The position numbers were made by a program, and so were the translations under genes. This document shows, piece by piece, positions 18,423 through 28,079 of a stretch of 64,000 nt of DNA (position 1 is its first letter; each line of letters starts with the position of its first letter). The notes beneath the pieces were generated by a model that had not been told where the DNA came from, did not search any database, and was given only the letters and a program-made list of their open reading frames with translations. The DNA lies in the NCBI GenBank assembly GCA_964431415.1, contig CAYSJS010000002.1, forward strand, positions 3,055 through 67,054. The letters run 5' to 3'. This DNA comes from an uncultured Candidatus Saccharibacteria bacterium. Its GTDB lineage: Bacteria; Patescibacteriota; Saccharimonadia; Saccharimonadales; JACDBH01.

Positions 18423-18941
18423 TTATTTTTCTTCGCGGTGCGCCAATGCTTCTGCTGCTTTAGCTTCTAATGCTGCTTCTTCTTCAGCTTTCTTTGCTGC
18501 GTCAGCTTCTGCTGCAGCGGCCGTTTCTTCTTTAAGGTGTTCAAGCTCTGCTTCTACAACCGGATCAGAAATGGTATTTACCGCCGACTTATCAAAAGCA
18601 ACGCCGCTCAAACGTGCCGACTTACCGCTGCGTGCACGCATATAGGTAAGGTAATTGCGGCGCACTTTGCTGCGCTTTGTTACTTCTACTTTCATGACAA
18701 GTGGCGAATGGAGCAAATATGATTTTTCGACACCAACCCCGCTCGCAATACGTCGAACCGTAATGCTGCTTGTAAGAGAACCTTTTCGGTCGGTGCGGAT
18801 CACGAGACCTTCGAAGATCTGAACACGCTCTTTGTTGCCCTCACGAATTTTCTGATGTACGCGAACAGTGTCGCCGCTTTGTACGTCGACTACCTGATGT
18901 TTCTTTTGACTGTTGGTGATTGTTTCGATAATTGAAGGCAT
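18423..18941 (-). CDS. rplS: 50S ribosomal protein L19 with an Ala/Glu-rich C-terminal extension
   Basis: L19 core (VVDVQSGDTVRVHQKIREGNKERVQIFEGLVIRT...GVGVEKSYLLHSP). I prefer ATG at 18941 over the track GTG at 18947. The last ~55 aa (AELEHLKEETAAAAEADAAKKAEEEAALEAKAAEALAHREEK) extend beyond a typical ~115-aa L19. Confidence 0.9.
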   Translation of the reverse strand: MPSIIETITNSQKKHQVVDVQSGDTVRVHQKIREGNKERVQIFEGLVIRTDRKGSLTSSITVRRIASGVGVEKSYLLHSPLVMKVEVTKRSKVRRNYLTYMRARSGKSARLSGVAFDKSAVNTISDPVVEAELEHLKEETAAAAEADAAKKAEEEAALEAKAAEALAHREEK

Positions 18942-18950
18942 AATCACTGT

Positions 18951-18979
18951 ATTTTACACCAATCTGTCAGATATGACAA
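18951..18979 (-). promoter_or_regulatory. Sigma70-type promoter TTGTCA-17-TAAAAT, 9 nt upstream of the rplS ATG
   Basis: On the minus strand, TTGTCA is at 18974-18979 and TAAAAT at 18951-18956, with a 17-nt spacer. There is no SD between the -10 and the ATG. Confidence 0.55.
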
Positions 18980-19020
18980 GAGTAAGCCGAGATTCTGTTT
19001 AGGGGCTGGCTAAAATACGA

Positions 19021-20628
19021 TTAACCGACCACTCGGTAGATTTCGTCCAGAGTTGTCTCTCCGGCTACGACTTTTAGTATACCTTTTTGGAGCATAGTCA
19101 TCATGCCGCTCGCAACTGCTGCCTCCTCGATTGTCTGTGCCGACAGCGTCTCGTGACGGCTTTCAAGCAGGGTGCGGATGGGTCCGTTCATCGTAAACTG
19201 TTCACGCAGCGCAATTTGACCGCTAAATCCATAGGGATTCTCGGTGGAACTACCCGGCTTATATAGCCGGAGGTTCTGGATGTCCGGCTTGGTAACCGTT
19301 TCGGGCAAGGTAGCAATAACTGCGAGTATGGTTTCTTTTTCAGATTCTGAAGGTGTATATGGTTGCTTTGTTTTATCGTCCAGCCTGCGCACCAACCGCT
19401 GTGCCATAACCAAGCGGATTGCCGACACGAATAACGGGTTCTGTCCTATAACGTCCTCTAGCCGCACCAAGGCCGCCGCAGCCGATGAAGCGTGAAAAGT
19501 AGACAGAACCAGATGCCCAGTAAGCGAAGCTTGCAGCGCGGTTTTGGCGGTGTCGTTATCTCTGATTTCTCCCACCATCACTATGTCCGGGTCGAGCCGA
19601 AGAATCGCGCGTAATTTGGCTGCGAAGCTACCATCGTTTCCTTCGGCTTGGGTATTAACGGGAATCTGTACAATCCCGCCAAATTGATACTCCACCGGAT
19701 CTTCAACGGTTATGATTTTACGCTCATCACTATTGAGCGTATTGAGCATGGAATACAGTGTCGTCGTCTTACCTGATCCCGTAGGCCCAACCACCAAGAC
19801 CAGCCCAGAAGGCTTCGCGATAATATCGTCAACAATTTTGCGCTCTGATTCGCTCAAGCCAAGGCGCGCAAGCGTATAGCTGCTTTGTTCCATATTAAAT
19901 AAGCGCATAACCACATCCGTGCCGTTAACTGTCGGCACCGATTCTAGCCGAACATTTACACGAACCAGACGCCCGTCAGCCATTTTTATGTTTTGCGCTA
20001 TATGTCCCTGCTGAGCAGTTGGGTCTGCGGCAGATATGTTACCGGCACTGGCTATAACGGCGAGGAGCGTCCGATACCGCCCGCCGTCTATGATCCCAAT
20101 AGGATGCAGTACCCCGTCTATACGGAACCTGACCCGAACATTCTCTGCCTGCGATTCAAGATGTATATCGCTGGCATTGAGGTTATGTGCCTGCTCCACT
20201 AAATAAGCCAGCATATCATCGGGACGGATTTTTGTGAGCATTTCGCTCACTCGCGCCACCAGGTCATCCGTACCGGCTGTGTTAAGAGCAATATCTTCGT
20301 ACACAATTTTCTTGGGCGGGTCATACAACTTCATGAAGTCGTTGTAGCCAGTTTCCGAAATAAGTCCAAACGATATACGCTGATCCTGAAAACGCTGCTG
20401 TAGAGCCTTCATGGTCTGCTGCGAGGTGGTATTGGTTACGCCAAACAATATATGGCTCTGGTCGACCATAACGGGTATTACCCGGAGGTCATACAGTTCT
20501 TGATTTGTAAGCAGCTCCTTATACAGCTTCGGGTCGGTTATTTTTGAGGTGTCTATGTACTGCAAACCGAGAATTTGGGCACGACGCTGTGTATTTTGCT
20601 CTTCGTCTAAGCGAATATCTTGGGACAT
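19021..20628 (-). CDS. pilB: Type IV pilus / type II secretion family assembly ATPase (PilB/GspE-like)
   Basis: 535 aa with an N-terminal GspII_E-like domain, Walker A GPTGSGKTTT, Asp box, Walker B (DPDIVMVGEIRD) and His box (TGHLVLSTFHA). Confidence 0.85.
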   Translation of the reverse strand: MSQDIRLDEEQNTQRRAQILGLQYIDTSKITDPKLYKELLTNQELYDLRVIPVMVDQSHILFGVTNTTSQQTMKALQQRFQDQRISFGLISETGYNDFMKLYDPPKKIVYEDIALNTAGTDDLVARVSEMLTKIRPDDMLAYLVEQAHNLNASDIHLESQAENVRVRFRIDGVLHPIGIIDGGRYRTLLAVIASAGNISAADPTAQQGHIAQNIKMADGRLVRVNVRLESVPTVNGTDVVMRLFNMEQSSYTLARLGLSESERKIVDDIIAKPSGLVLVVGPTGSGKTTTLYSMLNTLNSDERKIITVEDPVEYQFGGIVQIPVNTQAEGNDGSFAAKLRAILRLDPDIVMVGEIRDNDTAKTALQASLTGHLVLSTFHASSAAAALVRLEDVIGQNPLFVSAIRLVMAQRLVRRLDDKTKQPYTPSESEKETILAVIATLPETVTKPDIQNLRLYKPGSSTENPYGFSGQIALREQFTMNGPIRTLLESRHETLSAQTIEEAAVASGMMTMLQKGILKVVAGETTLDEIYRVVG

Positions 20629-20708
20629 ATGTTTCTATTATAAGCGTAAGCATGTAACTTGGGAAACATGTATTTTTAGTTCGACTTTCGCTACACTCTG
20701 TATGTATC

Positions 20709-21209
20709 ATGTCGAGAACCATTGTTGTGATAGCCCACAATATACGCAGCACCCATAATGTCGGCTCTCTGCTTCGTACTGCAGAGGGGTTGGGCGTTGC
20801 TACCGTATTTTTAACCGGCTACACGCCGTACCCGGAGATGCCCAAAGATCAGCGGCTCCCGCATATTTCTACAAAAATTACTAAAGACATCCAAAAAACC
20901 GCCTTAGGCGCAGAGAAGCTCCAAAAATGGGTTCAAAACGCGGACATACGCACGGTTATACATCGTTTAAAAAAACAGGGCTATACCATATACGCCCTTG
21001 AACAAACCATAGATGCGGTTAGGCTACCGGGAATACAAAAAGCCGATAAGTGCGCAATTCTGCTTGGCAGTGAAGTAACCGGTATTGCAGACGAACTCTT
21101 AAAAGAATCCGATATCCGTATGGTGATTCCGATGTACGGCAAAAAAGAATCCTTCAACGTCATTCAGGCGACCGCGATGGCTTTATATGAGTTCCGTTTT
21201 TTTGACTAA
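20709..21209 (+). CDS. SpoU/TrmH family (SPOUT) RNA 2'-O-methyltransferase
   Basis: 166 aa with the motifs HNVGSLLRTAEGLG, ILLGSEVTGI and IPMYGKKESFNVIQA, typical of class IV MTases. Confidence 0.8.
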   Translation: MSRTIVVIAHNIRSTHNVGSLLRTAEGLGVATVFLTGYTPYPEMPKDQRLPHISTKITKDIQKTALGAEKLQKWVQNADIRTVIHRLKKQGYTIYALEQTIDAVRLPGIQKADKCAILLGSEVTGIADELLKESDIRMVIPMYGKKESFNVIQATAMALYEFRFFD

Positions 21210-21214
21210 AGTGT

Positions 21215-24200
21215 TTACTGATAAACCACACGCTCAGCCCCCAGCACCTCGCGCAGCTGCGAAATTGAATCGTCGCTGGCCTGCATGCCAGAAGGCAGTT
21301 TGATTATTTGCTTCTTGTCGTTTTCGCCAAGGACTAATACCACTTCCGTTTCGCCCACGTGAGAGTCAATAATGCGCTTTAATGCGGTCAGCATCGCTTC
21401 GTCCTGCGCGTTATGTAAGCGCACATATACTCTTTTGTCTTTTTCCGGAACCACCGCACTTATGCTGGCGGACGCCTTTTTTACGGTAGAAGCGCGCACC
21501 ACCGGCGCTTTTTGGCGCCTACCGCGCGGCTGGTACGCAGCGGCCTGCTCGGGCGTGATTTCCCTTGCTTCATCAACCAGTATTTTTACTTCACCGGTTA
21601 GCTCACCGGTCTGCCGGTCCTTAGAATTTATCTTGCCGCGGGCCAATATGACTCTGTCTTTTTCCCAGATGCCGACAGTTTGCTGATAGACGCTCGGAAA
21701 CAGTACCAACTCTAGCTCGTCATGCATGTCTGCGAGCTTAATAAAGGCCATTTTTTGACCATTTTTCGTCGTAATCTCACGCATATCGGTCACTGTTCCG
21801 CCAATTACAGTTTGTTTGCCGTCCATTTCCGGCTTTAGCTCGTTCATTGGCACAGCGAGTTCTTCAAGATACGTCTCATAGGCCTTAAGCGGATGTTGCG
21901 ATAGATAAAGACCAAGTAGTTCACGCTCCCATTTCAGTTGTTCGGCAGGTGAATATTGTATACCGCCGGATTCAAGCGTAATTTTTGGCCTCATTTGTTC
22001 ACTCAGTTCGGCCCCGCCGCCAAATAAGTCCGCCTGGCCTGTCATCGAATCCTTCTGTACCCTCGAAGCAAAACTGAGGCATACTTCAATGTTATGAAGC
22101 AGCTGATTCCTTGAACCAAACGTATCAAAAGCTCCTGACTTAACTAAACTCTCTACTGCTTTTTTATTTACAATCCGCGGATTTACTTTTGAATAAAAAT
22201 CCTCAAGCGTATCAAAACGCCCGGCTTCACGCGCACGGAGTATTTCTTCAACCGCACCGGTCCCCACATTTTTAACTGCGTTCATGCCAAATCGGATCGG
22301 GTCATGAAGCGGATCGCCTTTAGTGGTTACCGCAAATTCAACATATGATTCGTTAATATCGGGCGGCAAGACTTCGATTCCCATATGTTTACATTCGGCA
22401 ATTTCTATACTCAGCCTATCGGTATCATCGTAGTCACTGGTCATCAAAGCCGCCATAAAGGCGGAAGGATAGTGTGCCTTAAGGTATGCAGTTTGATAGG
22501 AGATCATACCGTAACACGCAGAGTGCGACTTATTAAAACAGTAATCAGCAAAACCAAGCAGGTCTTTCCAGAACTTCTCGATCACTTGCCGCTGCACGCC
22601 GCGTTCGACTGCGCCCTCGATGAATTTAATCTGCATTTTTTCCATTACGTCGAGCTTCTTTTTACCAATAGCCTTACGAAGCGTATCGGCTTCGCCGCCG
22701 GTAAAACCACACACGTCACGTGATATACGCATCACCTGCTCCTGATACACCAGCACTCCAAAGGTGGTAGCGAGTGCTCCTTCCATAAGCGGATGGGCGT
22801 AGGTGATGGGTTCTAGGTTATTTTTTCTCTTAATAAAGCTGTCCGTCAGACCGGCAGAAAGCGGACCCGGTCGATACAGCGCACCCATGGCGATCACGTC
22901 GTCAAATTCGGTAGCCTTTAGTTCCTTTAGATACCGCTTCATACCGGAAGACTCAAACTGAAAGACACCCGTAGTGTCGCCGTTTTGGAGTAATTTGAAG
23001 GTATCGGGGTCATCAAGCGGGATGGTGTTTATATCTATGTCGAGGCCATACACCTTTTTAATAATACGTAGAGCGTTTTTAATAATGGTAAGGTTACTGA
23101 GCCCCAAAAAGTCCATCTTAAGCAACCCCAGCTCTTCAATGGGAACCATCGAATACTGTGTTGACACTACACCTTTCTGAGCCATTTCAAGCGGCGCGAA
23201 TTTAACAATATCGTCCGGCGCAATCACGACACCGGCAGCATGAACTCCGTGGCTACGAATCGTACCTTCCAGCTTTACTGCCAGATCAAAAACCCGCGCC
23301 GACTGCTCATTTGATTCATTCTCATGTTTTAATTCTTCATTTTCCGTCAGCGACTTAAAGAGGGGTATGTGGCGTCCCTGAACGGGCGGCGGTATCATCT
23401 TTGCCAGACGGTCAGCTTCTGCATACGGCACCTGGAGCACACGCGCAACATCACGCACGGCGTTACGCGCAGCCATTTTACCAAAAGTCACAATGTTAGC
23501 AACGCGCTCTTCGCCATACTTACGAACACAGTACTGAATTACTTCATCTCTTCTTGTGTCCTGGATATCAATGTCAACATCCGGCATACTGATACGATCC
23601 GGGTTCAAAAAACGTTCAAACAGCAGGTCGTATTTGAGCGGGTCAAGCTCGGTGATACGAAGACTATATGCGACAATCGAGCCGGCGGCGCTTCCTCGCC
23701 CCGGACCAAACACGATTCCCTCATCTTTACCCCAAGTAATAAAGTCCCATATGATCAAAAAGTAACCATTGAAACCCATGCTTTCTATGACACTTAGCTC
23801 GTACTCTGCGCGCTCGAGCACGTGTTTTGGCAGTGTTTTCTTTGCCTCTTCTACACTGAGCTCTTTTGCTTCGGCTGTTGTTTTCCCACCATAGCGCCAT
23901 GACAATCCCCGAAATACCAGCTGATGCAAATACGACCTCTCGTCTTCGCCCTCCGGCACGGGAAATTTTGGAATCAATATCTTGCCTAGCTCTATCTCGA
24001 CATTGCAGCGATCAGCGATCGCCTTGGTATTGAGTACCGCATCAGGATGATCACTACCCCACCGCGCAATTATTTCTTTAGGATCGGTTATGTGCAGTTC
24101 AAAATTCTTAAGGCTCATCCGCTTTTCATCCGACAAAAAAGAGCCTGTCTGGACACAGAGCAAGATTTCATGGGCTTCTTGGTCTTCATGCTTCAGGTAA

Positions 24201-24868
24201 TGGGCGTCACATGTGATCACCGTTTTAATGTCCAACTCTTCTGCGAGCCGGAGTGTGTCTTTAGTAACACCAACCTGCTCATCCCACTTTGATGGATGCG
24301 CCTCGTGGCCATGGTCCTGAAGTTCAAGATAATACCTATCCCCAAATACTTCCTTATACCACTGCGCGGTTGCCTTAGCCTGGTCGTACTGTCCTTGCCT
24401 AAGCGCATCACCGATTTCTCCACCAATACAGGCGCTCAGCACAATGAGCCCTTCGCTATATTGCTTGAGCAATTCGCGGTCGATTCTCGGTTTATAGTAA
24501 AAACCTTTTAAGTTGGCGATCGTAGAAAGCTGCATGAGATTTTGATAGCCGGTGTTGTCCATTGCTATCAGAATCAGGTGATAATACATCTTGTCTTTAC
24601 TGGCGTCTTTGTCGGTATGCAGACGAGCGGCTACATATGTTTCCATACCCAAAATCGGTTTTATATCCCGAGCCTTGGCTTCTTTATAAAAGTCTATGAG
24701 ACCGCTCATCGTGCCATGATCGGTCATGGCAATAGCCTCCATGCCCATCTCTTTGGCGTAATCGAGCATTGGCCCTACTTTAGTGAGCCCGTCGAGCAGA
24801 CTGTAATGAGAATGATTGTGCAAATGCACATAGTCACTCGGCTTAAGAGCTTTTTTTGTATCCCCCAT
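21215..24868 (-). CDS. dnaE: DNA polymerase III alpha subunit
   Basis: 1217 aa with the PHP domain HLHNHSHYSLLDG, a Pol III alpha core (PDVDIDI, FNKSHSACY), an OB fold and a C-terminal tail. Confidence 0.97.
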   Translation of the reverse strand: MGDTKKALKPSDYVHLHNHSHYSLLDGLTKVGPMLDYAKEMGMEAIAMTDHGTMSGLIDFYKEAKARDIKPILGMETYVAARLHTDKDASKDKMYYHLILIAMDNTGYQNLMQLSTIANLKGFYYKPRIDRELLKQYSEGLIVLSACIGGEIGDALRQGQYDQAKATAQWYKEVFGDRYYLELQDHGHEAHPSKWDEQVGVTKDTLRLAEELDIKTVITCDAHYLKHEDQEAHEILLCVQTGSFLSDEKRMSLKNFELHITDPKEIIARWGSDHPDAVLNTKAIADRCNVEIELGKILIPKFPVPEGEDERSYLHQLVFRGLSWRYGGKTTAEAKELSVEEAKKTLPKHVLERAEYELSVIESMGFNGYFLIIWDFITWGKDEGIVFGPGRGSAAGSIVAYSLRITELDPLKYDLLFERFLNPDRISMPDVDIDIQDTRRDEVIQYCVRKYGEERVANIVTFGKMAARNAVRDVARVLQVPYAEADRLAKMIPPPVQGRHIPLFKSLTENEELKHENESNEQSARVFDLAVKLEGTIRSHGVHAAGVVIAPDDIVKFAPLEMAQKGVVSTQYSMVPIEELGLLKMDFLGLSNLTIIKNALRIIKKVYGLDIDINTIPLDDPDTFKLLQNGDTTGVFQFESSGMKRYLKELKATEFDDVIAMGALYRPGPLSAGLTDSFIKRKNNLEPITYAHPLMEGALATTFGVLVYQEQVMRISRDVCGFTGGEADTLRKAIGKKKLDVMEKMQIKFIEGAVERGVQRQVIEKFWKDLLGFADYCFNKSHSACYGMISYQTAYLKAHYPSAFMAALMTSDYDDTDRLSIEIAECKHMGIEVLPPDINESYVEFAVTTKGDPLHDPIRFGMNAVKNVGTGAVEEILRAREAGRFDTLEDFYSKVNPRIVNKKAVESLVKSGAFDTFGSRNQLLHNIEVCLSFASRVQKDSMTGQADLFGGGAELSEQMRPKITLESGGIQYSPAEQLKWERELLGLYLSQHPLKAYETYLEELAVPMNELKPEMDGKQTVIGGTVTDMREITTKNGQKMAFIKLADMHDELELVLFPSVYQQTVGIWEKDRVILARGKINSKDRQTGELTGEVKILVDEAREITPEQAAAYQPRGRRQKAPVVRASTVKKASASISAVVPEKDKRVYVRLHNAQDEAMLTALKRIIDSHVGETEVVLVLGENDKKQIIKLPSGMQASDDSISQLREVLGAERVVYQ

Positions 24869-24934
24869 ATTACTTCTATTATAAAGAAATACTCATGCTA
24901 AAAGTAGGGTCTAAGTTGTTGTAATATTAGTGCT

Positions 24935-25114
24935 TTATATAATTCCATCGCGCTCACGGAGCGCATCAACTTCTACTCCACCTAAGGCAACAACAAACTC
25001 TTCTGCTCTTTCATGCAGAACCCTACCCACCTCAAAAACTCCGCCAACGAGAGATACGCCCACTGCATACACAACCTCGCCAGCGCGAACAATACGATCA
25101 TTTGGTGATTCCAT
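24935..25114 (-). CDS. Possible small protein (59 aa), below the ORF-track length cutoff
   Basis: Hand translation of the minus strand gives MESPNDRIVRAGEVVYAVGVSLVGGVFEVGRVLHERAEEFVVALGGVEVDALRERDGII*, with AAAGGGA 7 nt upstream of the ATG. It is co-directional with all neighbours. The overlapping plus-strand track ORF is Ser/Thr/Pro-rich, which looks like an antisense artefact. Confidence 0.3.
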   Translation of the reverse strand: MESPNDRIVRAGEVVYAVGVSLVGGVFEVGRVLHERAEEFVVALGGVEVDALRERDGII

Positions 25115-25137
25115 GCGAATGTCCCTTTATACTATGA

Positions 25138-25410
25138 CTACTTACTTGTTTGTTGCACCGTCTGTTCAACGCGGTCCGTAAAGCGGCCAACTAAAGGTAC
25201 GCTGCCGAACAGTGATAGCACCCATAATAATACACCAACAACTACGGTTGCGCCGATCACACCACCAAGTCCACTGAATATGCCTTTTATAAAGCTCGTT
25301 TTATATGCCTGCTTCTTATCCAGGTAGCCGCTTTCATACACAGCCGATATTAATTTACCGAGCTGCTCATATTCCTTAGCTGTCTTGGCTTTTTTACTCG
25401 CGAAGGCCAT
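25138..25410 (-). CDS. Small membrane protein (90 aa)
   Basis: It has a hydrophobic core (GIFSGLGGVIGATVVVGVLLWVLSLFGSVPLVG) and is packed 9 nt from the ytxH-like gene. Confidence 0.5.
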   Translation of the reverse strand: MAFASKKAKTAKEYEQLGKLISAVYESGYLDKKQAYKTSFIKGIFSGLGGVIGATVVVGVLLWVLSLFGSVPLVGRFTDRVEQTVQQTSK

Positions 25411-25419
25411 AAAGAAGCC

Positions 25420-25839
25420 TCACTTCTTTTTAGGATCAGAGGCAACAAATTTACCGAGACTTTTTAGCGCGTCCTGGCCATCTTTGAGCGCCTTCTTTAG
25501 ATCCGGGTCATCTGGATTGCCATCATGCATCGTGCTCAATACGTCGCGGACCTTCTCTTTTGCAACCTTAGCTTTTTCAACAATCTCTTCAAATTCTTCT
25601 TTTGCTTTACCGGTCAGTTCTTCACCCTTAGTGCGGACTTCTGAAATGGTATTATTAAGCTCACTGTGAAGGTTCTTAAGAGTTTTTTCGGCTTCGGTTT
25701 TCGCTTTCACCGCGGCGTGTTTGATATCTTCACGCGTTTCCTTGCCGCTTTTTGGCGCCGTCAGAATACCCGCCAAAAAACCCGCAATGCCGGCAAACAA
25801 TGCTCCGATTGCCCATTTTCCGTTAGAGTTCTTAGCCAT
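25420..25839 (-). CDS. YtxH-like membrane-anchored stress protein
   Basis: 139 aa with an N-terminal TM followed by APKSGKETREDIK, the YtxH family signature, and then Lys/Glu-rich helices. The SD AAAGGAGAA lies upstream. Confidence 0.7.
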   Translation of the reverse strand: MAKNSNGKWAIGALFAGIAGFLAGILTAPKSGKETREDIKHAAVKAKTEAEKTLKNLHSELNNTISEVRTKGEELTGKAKEEFEEIVEKAKVAKEKVRDVLSTMHDGNPDDPDLKKALKDGQDALKSLGKFVASDPKKK

Positions 25840-25910
25840 TATGATTCTCCTTTGATTTCTTTTTTAACAGATTAATGAAGTGAGGAACATCAAATATGCG
25901 GTTACACGAG

Positions 25911-26192
25911 TTATCTACCTCTCTTTTTGTGTTTGGTCACCATTTCGTAGACATTCATCAGATGCCTCCCAAGTGCAACCGGACCAGCAGTTCGGCGGAA
26001 CAAGTCAGAAACGTCTTCTACCTTTCCGGCAATATCCTGTGCCTTGCTGACAATTTCTTGAGCACTGTCAGCAATAGCATTCATCTTCTTGGTAAATTTA
26101 AGCAAACCTACGATAAGCACTATGCCCAGTAGCAGGAAAAGTGCCAAAAATGACGAAAGTATAACGACGAGGATTTGTTCAGCTGTATTCAT
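25911..26192 (-). CDS. DUF948/YtxG-like small membrane protein (tentative)
   Basis: 93 aa with an N-terminal TM (ILVVILSSFLALFLLLGIVLIVGLL) and then a helical segment (AIADSAQEIVSKAQDIAGKVEDV). Confidence 0.55.
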   Translation of the reverse strand: MNTAEQILVVILSSFLALFLLLGIVLIVGLLKFTKKMNAIADSAQEIVSKAQDIAGKVEDVSDLFRRTAGPVALGRHLMNVYEMVTKHKKRGR

Positions 26193-26244
26193 ACTTTTTA
26201 GTATACCTTCTTTATTTGTAATATGTGTAAGATTTTTTGCTGTC

Positions 26245-27099
26245 CTAACGCGATGTTTTCAAGTACTTAATCTCTATTTCGTCGCCAGCCGATAAAAAAC
26301 TCCGCTCCCCCAAACCAAGCTCAGGGTATGCATACACGCCGAAAGCTCTTGCAAGTTTACCATCTTGAGTAGTCATTTGCGGCAGCTGCGAAAATATATT
26401 TGGTATATCTCTTAAGTTTTTGCCGGTGAGCGGATCAAGACCCGTCATTGCGCAACGTGCGGTCGGCCGATGTACGGCAATAGCCAGACCTCGCACGCTC
26501 AGGCTCTGCCAGTGCATTTCCTCAAAAGCCTCTACCCCGTCAATGACAATATTCGGGCGGAAGCGCGGCGCGAGATCACCGTCCGCGCCCAGCATTTCAG
26601 CAACAGCGTTACAGCTCGCACGGCTTATAATGTGCAGCGGGGCTACCGTTCTTAGATGTGGATCTATAAGACCACCTTCTTGCCAGAAAGTATCACGGTG
26701 AGCCATTCGCACATTTTTATGAAGGAAATCGCTCAAAAAATCCGCAGGCTCCTCCCCCATGTCCAACCACGGCGTCTGCTGCCCAAACTCATCAATTTCT
26801 ATTGTTTGTCTAAACACACTGCTCCCGCTGTACGGCGAAAGATCAAAAACGTCTACAACCATTCCTGTGTCCGCGTCATATACGTCCAACTTAGAAGTCA
26901 GACTGCTTACGCGCGGCTGTATTTGCATCAGTTTCGGCGCCGCCCCTGGCTTAGCACTGACTCTTTTCATGGTGTCAGGATCGTAGGCAACGTACTCACG
27001 GTCATAGACGAGCCCGGCAGGACTTAGCTCAGAGATTTCAACCGGTATGACGCGGGCACCTGCCATAGGATACATTGCCAGACTTTCTATAACTGCCAT
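26245..27099 (-). CDS. MOSC domain-containing protein
   Basis: 284 aa with a MOSC N-terminal beta-barrel-like start (AVIESLAMYPMAGARVIPVE...GLVYDREYV) and a C-terminal segment containing the conserved Cys context (HRPTARCAMTGLDP). Confidence 0.75.
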   Translation of the reverse strand: MAVIESLAMYPMAGARVIPVEISELSPAGLVYDREYVAYDPDTMKRVSAKPGAAPKLMQIQPRVSSLTSKLDVYDADTGMVVDVFDLSPYSGSSVFRQTIEIDEFGQQTPWLDMGEEPADFLSDFLHKNVRMAHRDTFWQEGGLIDPHLRTVAPLHIISRASCNAVAEMLGADGDLAPRFRPNIVIDGVEAFEEMHWQSLSVRGLAIAVHRPTARCAMTGLDPLTGKNLRDIPNIFSQLPQMTTQDGKLARAFGVYAYPELGLGERSFLSAGDEIEIKYLKTSR

Positions 27100-27164
27100 T
27101 TACCAAGCCTCCTGTTTACATATTGGTGCCAGTATACCGCACTCACCAGTAAAATATGTAGTTT

Positions 27165-28052
27165 TTAGGTAAGTAATGACCGAAGGTGCTTTTCGAATGC
27201 TTCACCAATATCTTTCCGTTTCAGGGCAAAGTCCACAACCGTCTTCAGATATTCCAGCTTGTTGCCTGTATCGTAGTATTTTGCATCGGTTATTTTACGC
27301 GCATATACCTTATGGCCATCGTTAATCATAGACTGAACGATCGGCTGGAGCATCAGCTCACCATCTGTATGGTTCATGGCCGCTCGTTCAACATACGGAA
27401 TTACGTCCGGCACAAATAAATATCCGCTTACACTTGCCATGTCCGATGGCGCCTGCTCGCGGCCTGGTTTTTCTATCACCTGAGACATCAGTAGCGTCGT
27501 ATCGTCCACCTCTTCTCCGGCTACAATGCCATACCTTCCATATTCAGCATCATCCTCTACGGTTTTGCACGCAAACACACTGCCACCGTACTGGTTGTAT
27601 GTTTCAATAAGCTGTTTCGTGCGTCCTACATTTGCTACAAAGAAGTCATCGGCCAGCGTGAAAATAAAGGGCTCATCTCCAATCAAATGCGACGCAGAAA
27701 GAATGGGCGTCGCTAACCCATACGGCCCCTTTTGACGCACATAGACAAAATTGGCCATTTCGGCAATCTGTCGTATCTCCTTAAGCAATGGCTCTTTTGA
27801 CTCGCCGCCGGCTTTTAGATTATTGACCAGATCCTGGCTAGGGTTATCAAAGTGGTCTTCTATACTGCGCTTACTGTATCCAGTCACCACTATGATATCT
27901 TGTATGCCCGCGGCAACAAGTTCTTCGACTACATACTGGATAATCGGCTTATCGATTAACGGCAGCATTTCCTTTGGCATCGCCTTTGTCTGCGGTAAAA
28001 AACGCGTTCCAAAGCCTGCAGCCGCAATTACTGCTTTTGTTACTGGCTTCAT
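27165..28052 (-). CDS. galU: UTP--glucose-1-phosphate uridylyltransferase
   Basis: 295 aa. KAVIAAAGFGTRFLPQTKAMPKEMLPLIDKPIIQYVVEE is a canonical GalU N-terminus. Confidence 0.92.
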   Translation of the reverse strand: MKPVTKAVIAAAGFGTRFLPQTKAMPKEMLPLIDKPIIQYVVEELVAAGIQDIIVVTGYSKRSIEDHFDNPSQDLVNNLKAGGESKEPLLKEIRQIAEMANFVYVRQKGPYGLATPILSASHLIGDEPFIFTLADDFFVANVGRTKQLIETYNQYGGSVFACKTVEDDAEYGRYGIVAGEEVDDTTLLMSQVIEKPGREQAPSDMASVSGYLFVPDVIPYVERAAMNHTDGELMLQPIVQSMINDGHKVYARKITDAKYYDTGNKLEYLKTVVDFALKRKDIGEAFEKHLRSLLT

Positions 28053-28079
28053 AATGCACCCTCCTGATATATGTTTTGC

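Noticed and set aside
24930-25181. Track ORF 24930-25181 (+), 83 aa
   Set aside because: The translation is Ser/Thr/Pro/Ala-rich and typical of an antisense frame. It runs opposite to every neighbouring gene. A minus-strand 59-aa ORF with an SD-like AAAGGGA is a better, though still weak, explanation.
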